64,000 nucleotides of DNA, from positions 1,240,001 through 1,304,000 of the forward strand of contig CM022673.1 of assembly GCA_012295275.1 (NCBI GenBank), in the 5' to 3' direction. This document shows positions 14,136-26,806 of the stretch, piece by piece. Every line of letters starts with the position of its first letter. The first letter of the stretch is position 1. Origin of the DNA: Chrysomallon squamiferum (Eukaryota > Animalia > Mollusca). Under the pieces are notes generated by a model. That model was not told the origin of the DNA and did not search any database. It was given only the letters and a program-made list of their open reading frames with translations. The translations under genes and the position numbers were made by a program.

Positions 14136-14172
<37 letters not shown>

Positions 14173-14223
14173 TATTAATAAAAGTAACAAATAAATAGAT
14201 AATTATAAAAATAAATAGTAATA

Positions 14224-14254
<31 letters not shown>

Positions 14255-14940
14255 TTTTAGTACATTATTTTTGATTTTAATATTATTTTTAATAATAATA
14301 ATAATAATAATAATCATAATCATAATAATAAGGTTAATAAATTATTAATAAAAGTAATACAAAAATAGATAATTATAAAAATAAATAGTAATAATATATA
14401 TATTGTTTAAAATAGTGAAAAAAAAAAAAAAAAAAAAAATGCACAGGTGCCAGTCGTACGACGGAGCTGAAATTAGATGACCGGAAGTCCCGCTGAACTG
14501 GCATGAAACTGTCCTCTTTGATTCACGCCTTCCGCAGCCCACAGCTAAATTATATCGGTATAAAGACGCCGTAGGCAAGAAACAAATTATACTGGTGTAA
14601 AACTGAAACCAAGGTCAATAATGTAACGATATCACTTTGTACCTTTCTATACAAAACAGAACACTCCCTTAATTTCGTTAACAAAGAAAGGCTTTTTTGG
14701 CTGTTTTATAACAAAATATTTAAAGAAATGTTGTTATACCAGACTTTGTGAATAAACGAGAAATGTCTGTGAGGAAAACTCCACTAAGCAACTAATTTTA
14801 AATAGTTTATCGATTAATAATTTAGACTTTTGCTGATTCATGTGTCAAATCATATGCATCATTAAAAAAAAAAATCACTTATTTATTTATTTATTTATTT
14901 ATATTTGCTGTTAATAGTAATTATACTAATAAATAAACAG

Positions 14941-14998
<58 letters not shown>

Positions 14999-15543
14999 TC
15001 TGTGCTTCAGTCTTTGAATACAATTGAAAAAGAAAATAAGTTAGAGTGATCTCCCTTAACAAAGAACAGCAATTTAAAACGTCTATACTTTGTTTTACAC
15101 ACACAGTTAAGATAGCTGGTCACACAGTTTCTGTTTGTTGTTGGTAATCATTATTTAATTGTGTGTTAATAACCCACCGTTTAGTTTTTTCTTTTTTCTT
15201 ATTTATATATTTTTTTATTACATCAATTTACTATGATTTGTGGATATTTAAAGATCAATTAAACTCTTACGATAAGCTATTTCTGTTCTTTCTTTCGTTG
15301 TTTTGTTTTCTCTGTGTTTCATTGTTTGGTATAAATATTCCTCTTTATTTTGTTTTTATTTGCTGATGCCTCAAGGAAAACGAAATAATGTCAGTTTGTA
15401 GTAAACAGCCAAATAAAATATCTTGATAGCTCTGTGTTTGTATGTCAGATCGTTCGCATGAAGCCCTATCTCAGTACGCTAAGTCACTTTTCTTCTCTTC
15501 TTTAATTTTTCTTTCGACTGGATACAGCAAATTAGTCAACTGT

Positions 15544-15653
<110 letters not shown>

Positions 15654-17340
15654 CTCGCTTTGCTCCTCTTTTTTCTTGTCATATGGGGATAAATTTGTTA
15701 AAAAAGGAGAAAAACAAGCAAACGAATAAATGAATGAATTAATGAATAGAGAGATAGATAGATAGACAGAAGAATAAACAAATAAAAAAATAATAAATAA
15801 AATTAAGTTAAATAGAATAAATGAGTAACTAACCAGGAACACATTTTTTGGTGAAAGATAATGACATTTATTTCTTATGACATAACATAATGACAAATAA
15901 ACAAGTTTATAAAATTTGTTTCAAGCATAATAAATAAAAAAATAATAATAATAATAAAAAAAATAAAAAAAAATAAAACAAACAAACGAATAAGGAAAGA
16001 AATAAAAATAAAATAAAATAAAATAAAATAAAATTGATATAATCAGTATAATAAATCATAATAACATATAAACAAAGACGAACAAACAAGTAAATATATT
16101 ATTATCGTTACAAAAATTGGATTCACTCACTCAGCATTAAGACATGTGATACTTTCTGTTAGTTTAAAAAATGCCAGTCAGTTTTTTTGCATAATTCATA
16201 CGTGAAATAAATTAAGGAGTGTTCCAACTTTCATACATCACTGGCGACGTCGTAAACGCTTGTTACGTCGGATCTGATTGGTTTATTAGTTAATTGGCAG
16301 GGATTACAGCCCCAGGAACAGAAAAATTTAAAAAAGAAGAAGAAAAAAGGTGATGACACAGTAATCTGGCAGTTTAATGAGGGATGGAGGTGTGACTCAA
16401 AAGATGTTTTAAAATAATGTTGTTATTTTTCTCAAGTTTTAATAAACTGTATGATTAAAACTGCGACTGTTTTAAGTGGGGTTTTTTTTTAAAGAATAAA
16501 TCTAAGATCATCAGTGATTATTTTTAGTTTTATTTTCTGTTAAAAGTACATAAATGTTTATTTTTATTTTATTTTATTTTATTTTTGTTATTTATTTTTA
16601 AAATAAAGAATAACAAAACAAAATATTGCAGCATTATGATGGCGAAGAGAAACACAAAAAACAACAACAGCAATATCAACAAAACTAAATAATAATAAAA
16701 ATAGTAATATTAATAATAATATTTAAAATAATTATAACAATAATAATAATACATACAACAACAACAAATATAAAGGAAAAACAGTAATAATAAAAGAAAA
16801 AGAATCTTGTTCCTCCATTTTGATTCTAGATGTAAACTGATCACTCAGACAGATACACACACGCCAATTTTTAACTGATAAGTCTTTTATTTGAACACAT
16901 TTCACACCAAACTAATTAGAATATTAGAAGAAAATTTTAAATTTCACATTTGTTAATTTTTCTAATGCTAAAAGTGTATGTTAGATATTATCTCAGTGAT
17001 ATGTCCCCATTTTCAGTGATATGTCCCCATTCCTATCCCCCCCCAGCATTAACCCAGAACACTATAGATGACGTCAGTATAGATATTAAAAGTGCGTGGC
17101 TACTGTATATCTTATAAATGCCAGTTTTCATTTGACTGTGTGCCTTCTAGCGTTTAATTATATATTTATATATATTTTTTACATAAATGTATGATAATGA
17201 GTATCTTCATATTTAATTTCTTACGTAAAATATTTATTTAAATAATAATAATATTTATATTTAAATTTTTTTTTAATTATTATTTTGCTACAAGTTTCTT
17301 AATTAATTTCTTGATTAGCATTCATGCATAAAACCTACAA

Positions 17341-17642
17341 ACATACATACATACATACATTCATACATACATACATACATACATACATACACACACACAC
17401 ATACATACATACAAACATACACACATACATACATACATACACACATACATACATACAAACATACATACATACGTACATACATTCATACATACATACATAC
17501 ATACATACATACACACACATACATACATACAAACATACACACATACATACATACATACATACACACATAGACACATACATACAAACATACATACATACAT
17601 ACGTACATACATACACACAAATACATATATCTACACACACAT
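17341..17642. repeat. (CATA)n/(CA)n compound microsatellite; similar tracts at ~26000-26180 and ~42980-43240
   Basis: Direct inspection. Confidence 0.95.
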
Positions 17643-18149
17643 ACGCACGCCTGCACACAGGAAAGGACAAATATTTATCCATATTTTTACAAAATTAAAC
17701 TTATTTCAACCACAGACAATGGCATATTGCACTTTGTATTTACCCGAATCGTGCAGACAGTTGGAGTTAATTTAATGGATGCATCAAGTTGATGATAATT
17801 TGTTTTAAATGAGAGCCCCTCGAGTCCAGACATCTTCCCGAAGATTACCTAAGACAGTCATATAACCCACGCTTTTGTTTTCAGAGTCGCATCATTATAA
17901 CTCAAAACAAAGAACAATCAGGTGTCGCAGAAAAGGTGACGATCTTTACCCGCCAGGTAGATTTAAGTTTATTTTTAAAAAAAGGGGGGAGAAATCCAGG
18001 TAAATGGCGTTTTCTTTATTTTACCTACTTTACTTATTCTCTTGATTAATGATCAATCAAACCTTTCAAATTGATCGAAGGGTCCGCTTGAATACCTACG
18101 CAACATTCACCACCCTGGGGCGGTTCGATAGGATTACCGTGAGCTAGCA

Positions 18150-18184
18150 CATAAATAGGACAGGAAAACCAACTGCTATCATTC
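18150..18184 (+). promoter_or_regulatory. Core promoter (TATA-like + Inr) of the putative pri-miR-1990/1986 host transcript
   Basis: CATAAATAGG at 18150-18159 and Inr-like TCATTC with the A at 18181, about 30 nt downstream. Preceded by a CpG- and motif-rich ~450 bp block. Confidence 0.5.
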
Positions 18185-18323
18185 CGACATCCTTAGAAAG
18201 CTTGTGGTGGTAATGTACGGGTTTGTTCTCGTCTCTGAATACTGTTCAGCAATAACGCAGTGCTTAGGAAAGAACCGTAACTTTTCGAAACGTTTTTGAA
18301 ATTTTTCTGTTTCGTGGATTAAG
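18181..18323 (+). ncRNA. Putative first exon of a spliced host / pri-miRNA transcript
   Basis: Follows the TATA/Inr and ends in a consensus donor AAG|GTGAGT at 18323/18324 (alternative donor GTAAGT at 18353). Same strand as, and 3.3 kb upstream of, the miRNA hairpins. Confidence 0.45.
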
Positions 18324-19225
18324 GTGAGTGAGTTTCGTGCACGCTTGTTCAAGTAAGTTTATTCATAAACTATTAATCATATTAACAGAGCAAACAGATA
18401 AATGTAATTGGTTACGTTGGGTAAAATAAATTACTGAATAAAGAAATAAGTAATTAAACAGGGTAAATTATACGTTGCTAAGTTAGCTAAAATAAAATAA
18501 TATAATATAAAATAATATAAACAAATAAATAAATGAGTTTATTTAGAAAGGCTTTAAAAAAATTAATTCAGTAAATGATAAAGTGAATGAAGGAATATAA
18601 CATTAAATAAATGATTGGCTGTTATTATATTCTCACATTTTGTAGAACAGTTTTATAAAACGTTTTTATTTTATACACGTAAATATTTGATTTATTGCTA
18701 TTGGTAAATCAATCGGGAGCAAAAAAAAAAAAATAATAATAATAATAAAATAAAAATATGTATATATATATATATGTATATTATTTGTATTAAATTATGG
18801 GAATATTACTGAATATTACTTTTTTAACACAGATAACTATTCTGTTAAGACCAAAGTTCTATAAAAAATTAAACAAATACTATCTACGTGTTTTTACGCA
18901 TTTCAGATGACACAATAATTATATCAATTTCAAAATGAAACATTTTTTCATTAAAGTAACATCTTCAATTTAAATCTAACATAAAATGTAAAAATCGGTT
19001 AATCGGATATCGTAAAAAAAAAAAAAAAAAAAAAAGAAAGATAATAAGAGAGAGAGAGAAAGAAAGAGAAGAGAAACTGAAAGTAAAAGAGAAAAAGGGA
19101 GAGAGAAGATAAAAATATATTCTAAATATAAAAAGGTTTGAATATAAGTCTACTGTAAAAAATGTGTTATTTTATTACTGTATGTATGTATGTATGTATG
19201 TAATAGAATAGTCCGATTTTATTTT

Positions 19226-19306
<81 letters not shown>

Positions 19307-19443
19307 TAGAATTAGACTGTGTAATTGTATTTTTGTATATTGGTAAAAACTCATTAGCTAGCTATACTGAAAAGATAAATTTTTCTGTTTTTTAATACTA
19401 ATATTTATTGACATGAATTAAACCGAAAACATGAAAATAATGA

Positions 19444-19503
<60 letters not shown>

Positions 19504-19623
19504 TAGATTTCTATTCTCTTTGATTTGAAAGTTGAAAAATCCTAACTAAAGATTACCTCGATTTCGTAATTCTGTAGCCAGTTTGAAAGGAACAAATTTT
19601 ATTGTATAAAAGGATTGTTGTTG

Positions 19624-19661
<38 letters not shown>

Positions 19662-19819
19662 TATATAATTGCTTGATTTCTTTTTAATAATAACTATATT
19701 AAATAAATAGAAAAGAAATTAAGTACCTTGAGTAAAATAATGAAGAATAGAAATATAACTGCGATCTAATTATACATATTAATGTCTGAAAAATAAAATC
19801 AATACGTTATTATTATTAT

Positions 19820-19860
<41 letters not shown>

Positions 19861-20091
19861 TAAATTTTAATGTTTTTGTCCGCCAAAATTTGACGATTTA
19901 ACAGAATGTCTATTCTGTATACTCGTGAATTTCCGCTTCCTCCGGGTAAATACGAAATCTGGGTTTATTCCGACGTAGATTCCTATTTTTGCTCGAGGCA
20001 CCATGACACGGTTGTAAATATATAGAGAATTAATCTATGGAAACGAATTAATGTATCAAATTATATTTTTCTTCAAAACAGTGCTTAGAAT

Positions 20092-20148
<57 letters not shown>

Positions 20149-20907
20149 TTAAATTTAAGCACGAAAGCAGAAAAAAAAATAAGATTAAAAATAAAACTGT
20201 CTTATAATATTTAATTATAGATTTTAAAAACATTTCAGTCTTTTAAGAATACCTTTTTGTGGATGTAATGTCTTTTAAGGGTTAGTTCATGATATTTAAA
20301 TTTTAGAATAAAAGTTTTGTTTTTATATTATCTTGGTCGTAATTACGTCTTCTATTCACGCCTTGTCTTTCTTTCTTTTTGTTTTTCTTTCTTGTTTTGT
20401 TTTTTCCTCCATCCTTTCTTTTTCTTTTTCCTTCTCTCTTTGGCTTAACATAGACCCCAAAATTTAAATTATTCTGCTCGTAAAATCCAGCCCGACCTTC
20501 AAGCCTCGAGAAAGATGACTTTGAAGAACGAAGGCATTAAGTATTGTTCTGTTTTATTGTTTTAGCTCAGACAATGGCCGCGAGCGTGTGTCAGAAAGTA
20601 AAACATTAATTTTGCATCTGACATACATAGGCCGGTATCATGACCATAGCGAGCCGAGCAGAGGGTGGTGAATCAAACAAGCTTTGCCGAGCTTGAATCG
20701 ACTCGAGCTCCACTCCACACGGGTAAAGTGAGATAAGTTTGTATTCAGTTTGAGACGACTTGCCTGGTTTTATTAGTATTGTTAGTGCTTTGTTTCTGTG
20801 AATTTTATTAGTGCTTTTATCATTTTATTAATGTAGTGCTTTTTTATATATATATAGAGAGAGAGAAAGCGGTAGATAGATACATACATACATATGTTTG
20901 TGTGTAT

Positions 20908-20940
<33 letters not shown>

Positions 20941-21380
20941 ATGTATTTGTATGTATGTATGTATGTACGTATATATGTCATTAATATTTTAAATGGAAAC
21001 CGATTTTAGAATTAACTGCTGGATCGATTAAATTCTTTAATTTATTGCATGATGCAAATTCACTTTTAATTTTTAAAATGAGGGGTTCATGAAAGATGAT
21101 TTGTAACAAAAAATGCTTTTTGGGGTTTTTGGGTGTTTTTTTTGTTAAGATTCGAAAGTTTATTTTTTATTTTTTTTTTTTCTGTTTTCAATTTCAAATT
21201 AGATACCTTACTGTTGAGAATTCTAATCTGCTGCAAACTTTCTTTACGTAAATTCGTAAACAGTTTTAAAGAAATTCATATATGTGAATAAATATAAACT
21301 GTAATTGCGAATCTCGGATAAAATCATCCGCTATTTGTTATAAAAGGTTTAACTACTGCTAATTATTATTATTATTACTA

Positions 21381-21450
<70 letters not shown>

Positions 21451-21459
21451 TATTATTAC

Positions 21460-21507
<48 letters not shown>

Positions 21508-21627
21508 AAGGAATAATTTTAATTAAACAGTTATTTACAGATTGTTTGGACATTTTACTACATCTCAGCTAAATACAAAATGTCGTCTGAGTTTTCGACT
21601 GGTAATCGTCTGACTCTGTTATCTCGT

Positions 21628-21704
21628 AGTGCTCGTGCAGTAAGTTGATGGGGTCCCAGGTAGTTTGTATTCCCGGGACTACGTCAACTACTGGCACGCG
21701 CACT
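21628..21704 (+). ncRNA. mir-1990: microRNA miR-1990 precursor hairpin
   Basis: 5p arm AGTAAGTTGATGGGGTCCCAGG (21639-21660) and 3p arm CGGGACTACGTCAACTACTGGC (21674-21695) match recalled mollusc miR-1990 arms and pair with each other. Lower stem AGTGCTCGTGC/GCACGCGCACT. CNNC (CGTC, 21712-21715) lies 17 nt after the 3' arm. Confidence 0.92.
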
Positions 21705-22261
21705 TCACTGTCGTCTGGAACAACAGAAGTGAAAACTATATTAAAATACTCACAATTTGTTTTACGTGTGCAGAAGGTTCGGGTAAGTATCTCAGTATCA
21801 CAATCAAAGGTACTAAAATCTGTAATTATTTTGACGTAATATAAAGTTTAAAACGGAAAACCAATGCTGGATTTGGCCTCATAATGTTCGATTGATGAAA
21901 TAAACGTTGTATGTTGAAAATGTCACACAACGATGCCAAACAGAACTAGAGAATGCAGCTACAAAGTCATGAAGAAATTGTCTCTCTATTTTAAGTTTAT
22001 TTTCATTATTTTTCTTTTATTAATATCTAATTTATCGACGAATTAATCTATTTAATAACTGTAGTTATGGCTGTTTTTGTTCATGTTAAGGTCGTCATTG
22101 TTTTGTTACATAAAATAATGATTAAACAGGCATATTTAACACAAAACAAACGAAAACGATACAGTCTATCGCAGAGTCCAAAGACACGTAAGTGAACAGT
22201 TTTTTCACACACGTGTCAGGATTTATCAAAAATACTTTGACAACAACGTCATCTCGGACGT

Positions 22262-22352
22262 GGACGGCGTCTGTAAGCGCGGGTCATGGGGACGCCACTT
22301 TCAATTCTTAACGGTGGATTTCCCAAGATCCGTGATCACAGCTACGTCGTCC
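22262..22352 (+). ncRNA. mir-1986: microRNA miR-1986 precursor hairpin
   Basis: 3p arm TGGATTTCCCAAGATCCGTGAT (22315-22336) matches recalled mollusc miR-1986 and pairs with 5p CGCGGGTCATGGGGACGCCACT (~22278-22299). Lower stems CTGT/ACAG and GGACGGCGT/ACGTCGTCC. CNNC at 22352-22355. Confidence 0.92.
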
Positions 22353-22627
22353 GTCATCATTTCAGTGACAGTATCACCAATGGCGTCATTCGAAAAAACA
22401 ACTTGTTTGTACTGATGCGAAGAACAGGAATCACACGTTATTTTTCAGTTGTAAGAAATGGATGATGCTGCACGTATTTGTAGGCGTTAGAGGTGTGAGT
22501 ATGCAAGGTTTGTATTTCTTCTACTTGTCTTCTAAGTTAAACTGCTTTGGTTTAATTTCTTTTTAGTGTTATAACGATGATGTTTTTGTTTTTGTTTTCA
22601 TCATCATCTCTTTCTTCGTCTTCTTCG

Positions 22628-22658
<31 letters not shown>

Positions 22659-22713
22659 CTTCTTCTTCTTCTAATACTAATACTACTACTAGTAATATTG
22701 CTACTACTACTCG

Positions 22714-22795
<82 letters not shown>

Positions 22796-23242
22796 ATAAT
22801 AATAATAATTGTGAAAAATTAACAATCAGTACACAATAATCACCACACCACAAAACATATCTCATTAACACTAAAAACCCTAAGAAACAATATTCATATT
22901 AATACCTTCATTAAACTTTGAAGTAAAATATTCATTACATTATAATAAAAATATATGTTTATCTATCTGGGTAGCTATCTATTTATCTATCTATCAGTTT
23001 AACTATATATATCCATCCATCCATCCATCTGTCTATCTATCTATATCTATATCTATATCTGTATATATATGTATATGTATATGTATATGTATATATAAAT
23101 TAGCTGTGTACATTTATTAAAAATATTGTTTTGCCGACATTTGTTTTGTTTCATTTTAATTGTTTTAACCTTCTATATAGGCATAAACTTGAGTAAAGAA
23201 AAGAATAATGTTAATAATGCTAATACAAATATAATTCGGATA

Positions 23243-23289
<47 letters not shown>

Positions 23290-25477
23290 GTAAGTAAGTA
23301 AACAAATAAATAAACGTAATTAATTACAATTTATTATTTCTCTAGAAATTAATTTTTATATATATTTTATTCATTGAACTCTTTTTGTTATATAAAACAT
23401 CGAACAAAGTAATTTAATTAAAACCAACGTGCACAACACTGTTTTGAATATTTTAAAGGTCAGTTAATAATAAATCATCAGTTAAAATGAATATATATAT
23501 ATATAATATTTTTCTGCATCTACTTGAAAACACTGTTATGTTCAGCTTAAATATATGAACACACTTTGCCAGATATTGTCAAACTTGCCTAACATAAAAC
23601 TGCATACGTTCGTTGTTTGAGAGCCTCGAGACAGGTTATTTTATTTTTTAATTAACAGTGATTTTAAAACAGAACTTTGTCAATATATTTCCGCTAGCTG
23701 TACGTTACGTGTCAAAGAGGCGAATTTTGGATTACAAGCAGTGGTTTGGCCATTGCTGTTCTTTGTGTAGACAGGTATTTTAAAATCATTGCAAACGTAC
23801 CGTTTTCGTTTTATATAAAATCATAGTTTTAATTATTTTTAATAATCAGAAGATCTATCTGCCCATATGTAAAAATAAAAAATAGTTGTAATCTGAGTGA
23901 TTTATAAAACACAGTTTATTGAGCAGCTTTTCTCAGTAATTTTTCATTCCCCTGCTAGTGAAATGTAACATGTTAAATTGGAAACAGCGTGTGAGACAGA
24001 AGCCTGTACAAGAACCTTTGCTGTTTCTTTATAATGCTGTCCATTCAATATATGCTTGATTTTTAATAGACATTATTAAAGTACATTTTGAATTCTAATC
24101 ATGAGTTGTTTTCATTTTCTGTTTGGTGTAATTATATTTACTAATCAGTTCATTCATTCTTCCGTTGTTTCAATCATTCATTAATCCTTTCAATACGTCA
24201 GTAATAAAAACCAAGAGTTTCTTATTTTGTTAATACTAGATAAATTATTTAATGTTTTACAGTCTATATTTGGTACGTGATTCACTCGATAAATATATAC
24301 ATGTATTTAGAAAAGATTATTAATCAAAATCTGACAGTTATTCATATCGTTGTGTCATAAAGTTATTAAGAGTATTCTGATAAAAAAAAATCTGATAATA
24401 GTACTGGAGTGATTACCTATTTCCATATTATTACACACACGTTATTTTGTTAGTTATAAAACGATACAAACAGAATAAGAAAGACGGTCGTTCTTCTGTA
24501 CGCGTCTGTGTGTCTGTTAGTCTCTGTGTATGTATGTATGTGTGTACATACAATACACATCCACTTAATTTGAATTCTAAAATACGTAATAACAATATCT
24601 TTTTAGCTGATTTTATTATTTTGGGGCTTAGTTCTCAAAATAAATTTCAAAAACGAAACACCTTTTAACCAATATGGCATAGCTGAATGATTATTTTTAT
24701 TTTTACATAATGATTTTTAATTTTTAGAGAGATATATTTAGAATATCCAAAATATCAAGAAAATAATTTTTACTTTTCATCTCAAATATTCCACGTCATC
24801 ATATTCGTGTTATTAGCTTTGTGTACGACATGCATGGTTTGGTATCTTTTGTAACCGAAGCCTCGCGCACATTCTCTTAAGACTCTGTGCTGAAAAGGGT
24901 TAATCTGCTTACGAACAAACTAAAAGTATCATTTATCATATTCTGTATTCTAAAGCTACTACCGGCTTCATTTGTAGCCCCGGGGTAATGAATGAGGTCA
25001 CTGTCAACGGTTGACAGGCTTTGCGGATTGATATGTAGGTTTATGTATACGGAGCCTCGAGGCAAATAATATACCAACTTGATGATAGTTATCCGCAGGA
25101 AAAACAAGATCGTAAAATGAAAACTTGCTTGGAGCAGAGTGAATGTCGACTGTCTAATGCTGCAGAGTTGCTTTTGTATTCAAAAAAAAAAAAAAAAAAA
25201 AAATTTTAAAATTTCAGCAGTATTTTACATTATATTATATATTCAGTTGTCATGGTAATATTCATCTCTATTATTTCAAATCTGTTATAAATCCGACCAT
25301 GTTGAACCGCAGTTTGGTCTTATCAGTGGACATTCGACTACGTGTCTCACTCTATAAGTACCTTTCTATTTTCTCTATTCATTAACGATTCATCTTTTTG
25401 AGGGACATAAAATTATACACAAATGTTGCTTCTTTTTGTAAGTTCAGATCTATATCTCTAAAGCAAATTATTTCTAA

Positions 25478-25581
<104 letters not shown>

Positions 25582-26314
25582 CTGTCTTACTTTAAACATA
25601 AGAAATCAATTTACAGTTGTGGACATATTTATAAACCGATGTAAGTATTTCATGTTGTTTTCCTAAAACTGTGTTATATAAATTTATAGAAAAAAATCAA
25701 CCATCGAACTATTCGTGTCCACCCTAACTGTAAATGATGAGTCTGTTTACTATGTGCGCCAGTACTAATAAAAAAAACTGTGTGATACATTGTCCACTCC
25801 GCAAGCTACAATATATTAGTATTAACCCACAAACTGGTATTGCAGATATATAACACTCTGAAGTTTGTGTTTCGTAGCACATTAGACAACTAATAAATAC
25901 CAAAATAACAGAAATAAGCAATTTTTATTACTATTTTATTTTTCTCTCTTTTTTTTTCTTCACAAACAGATTTTATAAAAAAATATGATACAGACAAGAA
26001 ATGTATATGCATGTATGTGTGTATATGTGTGTGTGTATGTATGTATGTATGTATGTATGTGTGTGTATGTATGTAAGTATGTATATATGTATCTATATTT
26101 GTATGTATGTATTTGTCTGTATGTATCTATATTTGTATGTATGTATTTGTCTGTATGTTTGTTTGTATGTATGTATGTATGAGGTAGTAAAAATAAATAA
26201 AGAAATTACGTCTGTATCCAAACGAACACACACATTTACATGCACAGTAACAACACTTTTGGGGAAAATATTTAAATGAAAGTTTTATCCAGAGCTTTAA
26301 CAGGAACTAATGCT

Positions 26315-26392
<78 letters not shown>

Positions 26393-26397
26393 AAAAA

Positions 26398-26806
26398 ACA
26401 GGAAAAAAGTCACAATTTTGAATTAAGAAATATATTAGCAATGAAACATACTTCTGATACTAGAGCAAGGTTAAGAATATATAGTGAAACACATTTTAAC
26501 CTCGGACATTTTATAAATCATTCATTTACAATAGGAAGCCTTTAGTTTAAATCTATCCTACTCAGTAAGCTAGACCCAAGCATTACCCATGCACAACATG
26601 AAGACTCTTTTAATCAAGCCTAACTGACCTAATCAATAAGCTTAACTATTACCCCATTCATACTATGATGCCACATTCAATACTCTACAAACCCATACGT
26701 TTTGTTATATAAAAATTGTGACTTTTTTCCTATGATTTTTTTTTTCCTATACTAAATTGTGACTTTTTTCTGTGACTTTTTTCCTGTGACCTGTTTTCCA
26801 GCCATC
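26398..26806. mobile_element. Non-autonomous DNA-transposon (MITE/foldback-like) remnant with inverted subterminal repeats
   Basis: Left GGAAAAAAGTCACAATTTT (26401-26419) is inverted relative to several TGTGACTTTTT(T)CC units at 26712-26790, ending TTTTCCAGCCATC. The left terminus appears overwritten by an (AG)n tract. Confidence 0.5.
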
